From: Azolla caroliniana
Taxonomy: Eukaryota > Plantae > Polypodiophyta
Direction of reading: 5' to 3'
Length of the DNA: 64,000 nt
Assembly (NCBI GenBank): GCA_043228905.1
Contig: JBHGNT010000011.1
Span: forward strand, 4,960,001 to 5,024,000
Shown: one piece after another, positions 51,481 to 61,529 of the stretch
How positions within the stretch are numbered: position 1 is the stretch's first letter
Layout: each line of letters starts with the position of its first letter
Notes under the pieces: model-generated
Databases searched by the model: none
Told to the model about the DNA's origin: nothing
Seen by the model: only the letters and a program-made list of their open reading frames with translations
Program-made: the position numbers and the translations under genes

Positions 51481-53507
51481 TGTCAGGAATAGTACTGAGA
51501 TAGAGAAGAAATTAGTACTAAGAGAGGAATATTAATACTAAGAGGAATAGAGGGTGTAGAACACTCGAGAGATAAAGAGAGAGAGTGAGAGAGTGAGAGA
51601 TCGAGGGAGAGAAAATGATGATGACAGCGATATATTATGTGAGAAGAATATACAAGGAAGCCTAGGAGGCTTAAGACTGGCGTTGAGATTTGGTAAAACT
51701 TAAATAAAAATAATATCCTACATATTACAATAAATACTGTAATGGTCAAGAGCTCGACCCATGTAACATAAGGTCATGGGTTCGAGTCTTGCCATATCAT
51801 GAAACTATCCCCCCTTTTAAAACGACAAGTGTCACAAGTCCTCTTGCCATATCATGACACTATCCCCCCTTTTAAAACGACGAGTGTCACAAGTTGTTTT
51901 GGATTGAGGACCCGGTTTATCTGGATATTGACGATGGAAGTCTTCAAGAAGAGCACGAGCATTGGTCACATTCTCTATTGGTTTCCAAGTACGCTTGTTG
52001 GGACTATATCCTAGCCAATCCACTAAATAGTAGAGCTTGTTGTGAATAATCTTGGAATTGAGGATGGCGGCAACCTCGTACTCAGGTCCATCTTCAAGTT
52101 CGATCGGGGGTGGAGGTTGTGGAATACGTCCTGGGATGGTGCTGTCTTGATAGGGTTCGAGGAGAGAACTATGAAACACCAGATGTGGCCATTGGTTTTT
52201 GGGTAGTAGCTGCAGGAGAGGTTACAAGTGACCTTGAATATTTTAAAAAGGTGCTTCCAAAATTTCGAGACGAATTGGGGTCCATGGTCGATGCTCTAGT
52301 CCACCGCAATAAAGACATAGTCGATTTGCTCGACGTCGCTGCTTTTTTTCTTCCGACGACGTGTAGTGTCAATCTCCATCGGAGTCAGAGTATTCACTGG
52401 AGACGCATTATATGACTCCCTCGGAAAAGGTTTCGCTACCACTGAGGCGTAGGTGGGCTCTGATCCAACCCGTAGTATTTAGAATTGCCGTTCCGAATGT
52501 CGTTCGAAAAGGCGGCTGTCGCATCTCACCGCGTGACTGATTGCTTCTGTTAATGACTTTGGTTCTTCGTGGAAGGTCAAGAGTAAATCCTTGACATCGT
52601 TGTGTAAACCATAACAAAATTGCTCCATCAATGCTTGATCATCCCAAGGGATATCAGCAACGAGTAGGCGGAAATCTGCAGCATATGCGGAGGCTGGACG
52701 ATAACCTTGGCGTAATCGTCGAATTTTGTTGATTGTTGTCCTTATGCTATCAGCATCTCCAAACAGTCTTCAAACTCACTTATAAATTCTTTAAAATTGT
52801 CTAGTAATGGAGATTTTTTTTCTAACAATGGAGCGAACCATGCCAATGTTGAGCCACTAAGTAGAGTGCCTACTAGTCCCACTCGTGATGCATCGGTGAG
52901 ATATCGAGAAGGATGCATTTGAATCACTAAACGTACCTGATTTAGAAAACCTCTAAACTATGATCAAGTCCCATCAATTTTGCAGGAAGATTGATCTTAG
53001 GTTCTTTGTGAATCCCTTGAGTGCTTGATCCTTGTTGTTGTAGTGATACAATAGTCGCTTCAAGTTGTTGTACACGTAACATCAACTCCCCGTGTTATTG
53101 TTGTTTTTCTAGTGCTATTTGTTAAAGATCCCCCACCAAACGGTGATTTTCTTGTTCTAGTGCTACAAATTTCTCTTTTAAGCACTAGAGCTCCGCGAAA
53201 ACAGATTGGTATTCATGAGCGCTAACAGTTTCCATTTTACTAGGGAGGATAAGAGGATTAGTATGAAGGGAAAAAAGGGGTAAGAAGATGAGGGAAATCG
53301 GAAAGAAGACCGGAAAAAAGGGGATACGTAAGAAGATAAAAGGAAGAGGAAAAGAGGAGACGGAAGGAGGGAAAATCGGTTCAAACTGTCAGGAATAGTA
53401 CTGAGACAGAGAAAAAATTAGTACTAAGAGAGGAATATTAGTACTAAGAGGAATAGAGGGTGTAGAACACTCAAGAAAATGACACACACACAGACACACA
53501 CACACAG

Positions 53508-53540
<33 letters not shown>

Positions 53541-53845
53541 GAAAATGATGATGACAGTGATATATTATGTGAGAAGATTATACAAGGAAGGCTAAGAGGC
53601 TTAAGGTTGGCGTTGAACCGATTTGGTTTGAAATAATGCCTTGTGCCTCCTTTTATAGTGTTCTTATTAGTAGTCCTGAAGCTTCTAGAATGTTCCAAAG
53701 AAATCTAGAATATACATTAATTTTCTATAGTAAAACTTAAATAAAAATAATATCCTATATATTACAATAGATAGTGTAATGGACAAGGGCTCAACCCATC
53801 TAACATAAGGATACTCATGGGTTCGAGTCTTGCCATATCATGACA
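51481..53845 (-). mobile_element. Non-autonomous chromovirus derivative (LTR-gag remnant-integrase tail/chromodomain-PPT-LTR)
   Basis: LTRs 51481-~51804 and 53387-53845 (TGTCA...TGACA). Perfect 5-bp TSD CAAGC (51476-80 / 53846-50) in the host RQA|HW codons. Chromodomain EYEVAAILNSK...YYLVDWLGYSPNKRTW (~52090-51930). PPT AAAAGGGGGGATAG. Confidence 0.95.
53772..53840 (+). other. tRNA-like A-box/B-box module at the LTR end (second copy at 51735-51800)
   Basis: TAGTGTAATGG...GGTTCGAGTCT. A-to-B offset is 44 nt in the 51735 copy and 48 nt here. Confidence 0.6.
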
Positions 53846-55299
53846 CAAGCTCATTGGGCACAATTCCTGATGCATTTTGACTTCCTCATCACATATCACC
53901 CTAGAGTACAACAAGGAAAGGCAGACGCTATATCACGACGATCTTATTTGGCGCCCCAACTAGGTGAGCCCACATTTGATCATCAAAAGCAAGTCATCCT
54001 AAGGCCTGGCTGGTTACGACTATTGACTATTAATGCCTCTAAAGCACCTGAAGGTTTGAGGCTCCTTGATTCAATCCGAATAGGTATCATTTTTGATGAA
54101 ATTTCTCAAGATGTATTGAATCATAATTTCAAATCGTGCGTCTTCTTCAAAATCCAAGTATCCTTGTAAAGATTATAACCAGTTTCAATGGCAAAATGGG
54201 TTACTTTTTTGTAACACTCTTTTGTATGTTCCCAATGGTTCGTGTCGACTCCAAGCAATGCCATATTGTCATGACAACCCAATGGCTGGACATTTTGGAA
54301 TCCACAAAACTACGGAACTAGTTTCTCAGAACTATTGGTGGCCTCATCTTTGGGAGTTTGTTGAGGATTATGTTCGTACTTGTGACGTGTGTTGTTGGTC
54401 AAAGATTCCGCGACATCGACTATATGGGTTATTACAACCATTGCCAGTTCCTGCTGGTCCGTGGAAATTCATCTTTTTGAACTTTATTACAGATCTTCCA
54501 CTTTCAAAGAGTTTTGACTCTATCCTCATTGTAGTAGATCAATTCACAATGATGGTGCACTTTCTTCAAGGCACGAAAACTATCAACAGTAAAGAAACTG
54601 CTGACATAATTATGAAAGAAGTATTTCGGCTACATGGTGTTCCAAATGACATCATTAATGATCATGGCCCACAATTCATCTCAAAATTCTGGAAACACTT
54701 GCTTGAGTTGCTCAAAGTCTCTTGTAAACTTTCTTCAAGCTATCATCCACAAAGTGACGGTCAAACCGAGCGCATAGATCAAACTCTAGAACAATATCTT
54801 CGATGTTTCATTGATTATCAATAGGATGACTGGGTGGATTTTTTACACTTTGCAGAGTTTGCATACAATAATTCGGTTCATTCCTCAACAAGATATACTC
54901 CATTTTTTGCAAACATAGGATATCATCCCCGTTGGATGATGAACGATTGTGACTCTTCCTCCTCATTTTCAAATGTACCAATCAAAGCATTTTAATTATC
55001 TAAAACCAAATGGTGTCTCCAAATTATGTGCACTAAATCAAGTTCACCTTCAATCTAAAACACCTTCTAAACTTGGTAATTTCTCTTTTACTATGTCTAC
55101 TGTTGGCTTCCTTAAATGTTGAACTTTTGTTAGTGTATAGTCATACAGAATGATATCCACCGGAGTTTTGCTTGTTTTGTCATCCTTGGTCCTGGGTAAA
55201 TGTTTCTCTATTGCGGATAGACAAACTATTAAGATCAACATTAGATGCTTGAAATGGTGATTGAGAACAACATGAATATTGTATAGTCCATGTAAACGA

Positions 55300-57285
55300 C
55301 ATTTCCAAGGTCTAATTATGATTGATACAATTATTTTAAAAACCGAGATTTCAGTACAATCGATACAATGTAATAAATTCATGTTTAATTTTTTTTTCGG
55401 AAAAAAAACTTTACCGATGAATTCGATGCATTTTCATCACAACTCGATACAATGTATCGAGTTGATGTGCACATTTCAAATTAGAAAAAGAAGATGTGCA
55501 CATTAACTCGATACATTGTATCAAGTTGTTGAATAAATTGTATATTTTCACAAATAATCTCTATTTTTGTAATGAATTTCTATTTTTTTCCAATATTTTC
55601 CATCAAGAAATGACTTTCTCTCGATGTTTTTACTACGCAATTTAGTGTTTGTTTTGCATGTTATTTAACAAAAACTCATTAATTTTTGGCATATTTCGTA
55701 TCTATTAGTCCCTTTTTGACATTTAGAGCCCTTTTCTAGAGTTTCTCTCTATTTTTCGATCTTGCCCCTATAAGGTCAACTAAAAATGAGGATGAGTGTA
55801 CAATCAAGAAAATTTGTTCGAAATATCAAGGATCGCCATTAGAATCTACTCAACATGAGGAAGCCATATATAGTTAGAGAGCAAAGAAATATTGTTCAAC
55901 GATGTTATACTGAGGCAATGATAGTACGAAACCATGATTTTCTTACATCATTTCCTGCACATCTTGAAAGACCTCAGAAAGAAAAGGACCAACGTTTGGT
56001 GAAGGCATGTGGTGTAGAAGATGATGACACTTTTAAGAAATTTAGCCACAAAAAGGATTTCACCCAAGATTTATACAATAATGTCTATTGTGGTGATGTG
56101 GTTGAGATAATACACATATTGCCAACAAAGTAATACATATTATTGATTGCTGACATAGTGTATGGTTGGATCAATATACGATGATGGTTCAAACAACTTG
56201 AGAAGATGGTGAAAGATTTTGCACAGTTAATGACTACATCCTTATGGAGAATTATCGTATTCCATAGCATGGACCATGGATACTCTGTGGCACAAGCCTC
56301 GAGATCTCATTTCCATGGGATACAAAACCTTGCTTGGTATGGAATATTTATCTTACATGGAGAATTTTGATTTACCCATCAATACATTCTAGCTAATATT
56401 GATATTTGTCATTTGAAATGGTCTCCAACGAAGGAGATTAGATACTATATTTGTTCTCTGGCTCGGGTAAATTATTATAACTTTGTTTGCTATGCCTTTA
56501 GAAATCCATATAGTTTATGTTTAGCTAAAGCAATCTTCATTTTAAATTGTTAATACATCTATATCTACATTGAAGCTATACAACAATATTGTTGAACTAG
56601 AAAAAGGATGATGAGCAAGTGAGTTTTATTAACATGAGGATTAGAGCCTTAACATTTTCAACCTATTTCTCCATTAGCCGGTGAACCTAGGGAACTTATT
56701 GATTTTGATGATGAGCTATTAGAGGACCCTACCATTGCTAGCCTCTATGGAGTAGATACTACTGCACAAATTTTGGAGGAGAGTTCTCAAAAAGAAGAAG
56801 AGGAGAGTAGTGTAGATACCCTGATAACTATGTGATATGTTCGAATGATATATTAATGTTCATGTCTAGGTTTGACAATTTTGACAGTTTATGAATATTC
56901 TCTACACTTTTGCAGTTGATAGAAAAAACATTTTCACTATCAATAGATGTCACTTCCACTTCTGGAAACTACATCTCCTCAAGATGGTGAAACCATTAAT
57001 CAAGTAACTTGTGCTTTGAGTTAACCATTGTGATTTTCTTTAAGTTAACTACATTTCATATTTGCAGACCATCAACGTTTAAAAATTTATCGAAAAACTA
57101 TTCAATTTTAGAAATGATCATTTTGACACTTGTTAAATCTCAAAAAATCAGCAAATTTTATATGCTATTTAAAACATGTGATACTGGTGTATCATGTTTC
57201 TAAAAATTGCCTAAAATCACAATATTATAAAAGGAATCTACAAGTGGAATGCACAATCCTTCCACTTGTGAACGCGAACATGTTA
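55300..57285 (+). mobile_element. Probable decayed DNA transposon (hAT-like remnant) with palindromic repeats
   Basis: Repeated TCGATACAATGTATCGA-type palindromes at 55320-55530, coding-like acidic remnants at 55850-56830, and a terminal hairpin repeat shared with 40640. Confidence 0.4.
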
Positions 57286-57286
57286 T

Positions 57287-59761
57287 ATGTCGATCACCAG
57301 ATACACCTTGAATATCAAGGAGCTATGTGACGCCCTTGGATCGATTAACGCCATCATCGATGATGATGAAATGATGCAAATATGCCTCGGCAGCATAGCA
57401 CCACGATTCGGCATGATCAGATCGGCCATCCTTGCAAGGGAGAATTCTCCCTCCTTTTTCAACCTTCACTCGATATTGTTGGTCAAAGAAAATCATGTCC
57501 AACAAAGGAGCAATGCGCCCGATGGTCAGATGCTCTACTCCTAGTCGTACGAAGGAAGAGGATTTGGCCGAGGAAACTAAGGCCGATTTGGACTATTATC
57601 GTACGAGATGTACGGAGAGTTGAGTGAGGGTGAAGAGACTTAATGTTGTTGTATGTATGTGTAATGTATACGATTATGAGTGTGAGTGGACAAATAAGAA
57701 GAGGTGTGAGTGAGTGATTAGTGTGAATAGCCAAGGGGGCTTGCACCCATATGTATCTACCCCTCTTGTAATTATACAAAGAGTTGAGTGAAGGTGAAGA
57801 GACTTAATGTTGTTTTATGTATCTGTAATGTATATGATTATGAGTGTGAGTGGATAGATAAGAAGACGTGTGAGTGAGTGATTAGTGTGAATGGCCAAGG
57901 GGGCTTGCACCCCTATGTGTCTACCCCTCTTGTAACTATTTAACCCCCTTATGGGGAATTAATGAATAAAGGAATAGTTCTCTCTCAATCTCTCTCTCTT
58001 GTCATCTCTCGTTCTCTCTCTCCCCCCTTACATTAAACCCCCTTGGGAGAGGGGGTGGAGCCATTCTAGGCACCACCTCCCAACCTGTAATGCTCTCAAT
58101 GCTCATCCCCACAACATCTCCATCACCATATACGTTCATCATCAATCCATCATTGCTAACCATTTCCATCTTCGTTATTAACATTAACCTTAACCCTAAA
58201 ACCCATTAACACGGACGAGGCCGCAGGGTCAATCGACCCGAGAACACAACTCCCACAATTGGCAAGAGGCTAGGAACACACCAAGAGAGTTTGGTAGAAG
58301 GGGGAGCCATCCTACCGGACCAAACCGCCAAAACAACCCAGTCGAATGCGGGTACTATGGAAAAATCGGCCACTATGAAGAGGAATGTTGAAAGAAGAAA
58401 CGAGAGTCGGCTTCGACCAACTGACAACTCACGAACTATGTCACGAATTCCAACTATGACGACCATTGTTGAATTTTCATAATGAGGCATTAAGCACAGT
58501 CAATGTTAGCACAGAGTCGACCCAACACCTCTGCTTCAGACAATGTATGGGTTGTCGACTCAAATGCGTCCAAACACATGACGTCTCACGAAGATTGGTT
58601 CCAAGAGTTGCGAAAGAAGAATCGACCCAACTACATTGAAACTAAGGACGACATGATACACTCCATTCAGCATGTTGGAAATGTTCCATTTGAGAATGAT
58701 GGCAAACAAACCTACAGGAAACATCAGGAAACATCTGGACTTAGTCGGGTAGATGGTAGAACAAGGCATGCAGGTACGGTTCAATCATGAAGGGTGCTTC
58801 ATTGAAAAACATGGTCGACTTGTTGATCGAGGTCGAAGAGAAGGTCGAATGTTCATCCTCGATTTGAACAAGGTAAAGTCGGCTATGTTTGCAAAAGGCC
58901 TCAAAGTTGACACTGACTTGGAAATGTGGCATAAAAGAGAAGGATATTGCCTGAGTATGCAAAGCTTGCCAATTCGGCAAGAAAAATTGACAATCGTTCC
59001 CGAAAGAGAGGAACATAAGAAAAGGGACCTTGGATGTAATACATTCCAATGTATGGGGATGGGCTCAAACGGCCGCATTCAATCTCCAAAAACTCAAGGG
59101 CATGCAGTCTAGAGGAGTCATCATCAGACTACTGACTTTTATAGATTGTTGGAGTATGCAAAGATTGCCAATTCGGCAAGCAACATCCACAACCGTTCCC
59201 GAAAGAGAGGAACAAAAGAAAGGGGACTCTGGATGTAATACATTCAGATGTATGGGGACCGGCTCAAACGGCCACATTCGGTGGACATTGATACTATGTC
59301 ACATTCAGATGTATGGGGACTTCTCTAGACACACATTGATTTATCCTATGCGGCAAAAGAGTGAAGTGTTCTCACACTTATAGAAATTGAAAAATGAAGT
59401 TGAAAAGGCAACCGGTCGACACGTTCGATGCCTTTGGTTAGATGGAGGAAAAGAGTATTGCTCGGATGAATTTACAGCCTATCTCTGAAAGGAAGGAATT
59501 TGACGAGAATTTATTTGCCGATACACAACTTAGCAAAATGGAGAATCCGAAAGGAAAAGGTGGCACATATTGGAGGTGGAAAGGGCAATGATGGATGAGA
59601 AAAACCTACTGAAGTCGTACTAGGTAGAAGCGGCTAACACTGTCGTCTACCTCATGAACAAATGCACAACATTTGGGGTGCACGTCGTAACACCCCACAA
59701 GAAGTTTTTTGGGAAGAAGCCGGATTTATCCTATGTCAGAATATTTTGCACAATCACCTAT
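57287..59761 (+). mobile_element. Copia internal fragment (gag, protease, GAG-pre-integrase, integrase)
   Basis: Motifs IKELCDALGSIN, VWVVDSNASKHMT, MVEQGMQVRFN, IHSDVWG, DGGKEY. A ~130-bp segment is duplicated (58955-59080 / 59153-59279). Confidence 0.9.
57594..58211 (+). mobile_element. Solo LTR inserted in the Copia gag, with an internal 164-bp tandem duplication
   Basis: Termini TATTAT...TTAACA, TSD TGGAC/CGGAC, duplicated units at 57617 and 57781. Related to 8457-8790. Confidence 0.8.
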
Positions 59762-60235
59762 TATTGAGCGAGCAAGATCAAAATGATCCAGATTGGCTGA
59801 ATAAGCCAAGAGCTAGATCGGTGTCCAGAATGAAGCATCGGATCAGTGTCCGAATCAAATTGTAAGCGGTAGGCCGTTAGAGGCCTAAATCCTAGCCTAG
59901 TACATAGGCATATTTTTAGGAGTCAATGTCAGTTGCTCGGTACGAGCATTGAAGTACATGCCAGTACTTTCTCAGTCCTTTTAAGGACTTTTATAAAAGT
60001 GCTCACTGAGCACATTGTATGTATAGAGCGTTCATTATTTTGAAATTGAGGTTTTGTTGTCTTGCCCTCTTTGTCTCTCTCTCACTCACACACCTACTCT
60101 GTGTATTCCATTCTCTGTGTTTTCTGTTGCTATCCAGCTGCGCCGGTGGAGGTCTGTTTAGCATCCGCATTATCTTTTACATGGTATCAGAGTGTTAGGG
60201 TTAGACCATCCTCTATTGCCGATAAGAGGGTCGAA
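59762..60235 (+). mobile_element. Copia 5' LTR (59762-60181) with PBS-Met and a truncated leader
   Basis: TATTGAGCG...TTTTACA followed by TGGTATCAGAG (60182-60192). Similar to the LTR family at 47320-47850. Confidence 0.88.
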
Positions 60236-61149
60236 GCATGCTACGGTGTACCAACTTTTGGCCAAAAATTTAGTACTAAATCGAAGAAGAAAATAAACAT
60301 TAAAAATTGTAAATAAGTTTCAAAAAACAAAAAACAAATTCATTACGTCACACTTGAATGCACATAGATATTGTATGTCACACTCGAAATGTCCCTAGGC
60401 CATATTTAATACATTAATTGTTGCCCCAGTCTCCTAGGTAGAGTTGTACGAAAGCACACCTGGAGAAGGTATCCATTGTGACAGTTGGTCAGTCTCAGTA
60501 TCTCTCTCTCTCTCTCTCTGGTATGGGTAGTCGAACGTGTCAATTGGTATGTCTCTCTCTCTCTCTCTCTCTCTCTTCTGTCTCGAAGTTGTCAGACAGA
60601 CAGTGGCAGAAAGTTAAAGAAAGACGACATATCTATTACAGGTCTATCTCTCTCTTTCTCTCTCTCACTCCACCTTCGAAGCTCTGTTTCTTTCTTTCTT
60701 TCTGTTTCTCTCTCTCACTCCACCTTCGATTCTCTGTTTCCCTGCGTAGCTGTTCTTGTGTTCCTCTCTATGCCAGGTTCGATCTCTGAACTCTGTATAC
60801 GCAGAGATTTTTGTTTCCCCTGCTCGTTATATGTGTTGTTGATTTTCCTTCCTTGTGTATGCTCGTTTGTCTCCTCTGCAGCAGCCTCGTTTGTCGAAAT
60901 CAACACGGTGTGGTACCTCTGCAAGTTGTACGACCTCCAGGTATTCTCTGTGTTGCATGCCCAACTGGTATGTTTTCTTTTTCTGAATGTTTCCTGTCTG
61001 TCAGTTTTTTATTTGCATGTTTATGGCCATTTTTAGGGTTTGATTATTCATAGTCTATGTGTTGCATGCCCAACTGGTATGTTTTTGTTTTCTCTGTGTT
61101 TCTTTGTGTTTCTTTTAAAAATGTATGACAATATTTTGATCGAGGTGGT

Positions 61150-61490
61150 TGTGTGTTAGACATGTTTGTACATGCAACGTAAATGGAGTTGGCTATGATG
61201 AGTTGCTATGTTTTCGTTTTGTTCTTGTTTCCTGTCCATCTGTTTTATTTTGTGTGAGTTTGACATGGATGAGTGTTTTTCTGACTATTTTGGGTTTTTG
61301 TGTGTTTGACATGGCTTGTACATGCGATGTGATGGAGTTGGTTATGATGATTTACAATGTTTTCGTTTTCTTTGACTTTCCTATCCGTCTGTTTTTATTG
61401 TCTGTGTGTTTGACATGGATGAGTTTTTTTCCGACTATTTAGGGTTATTGTGTGTTTGACATGGTTTGTACATGCAATGTGATGATTTGC
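61150..61490. repeat. ~150-bp tandem repeat (2+ copies), intron-like
   Basis: GACATG.TTGTACATGC recurs at 61159, 61308 and 61458. Confidence 0.85.
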
Positions 61491-61529
61491 TATGTGTTGA
61501 TGGTAATTGCTTGAGTTTTCTTCTAGTAC

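Larger units (their letters stand above)
49279..54945 (+). mobile_element. Degenerate Tcn1-like chromovirus (Ty3/Gypsy) internal region, split by a nested element
   Basis: gag PMEID and CLYCGGLGHIAITCP knuckle; protease LSDSGA; RT KLDLRGAYNLVRI, MPFGLTNA, VYLDEILIYS; RNase H NYEIHYKELLAI; integrase HDNPMAGHFG...YHPQSDGQTER. Confidence 0.92.

Noticed and set aside
60478-61442. Hydrophobic Leu/Ser/Phe-rich ORFs as membrane proteins
   Set aside because: They arise from (CT)n and T-rich intron-like sequence.
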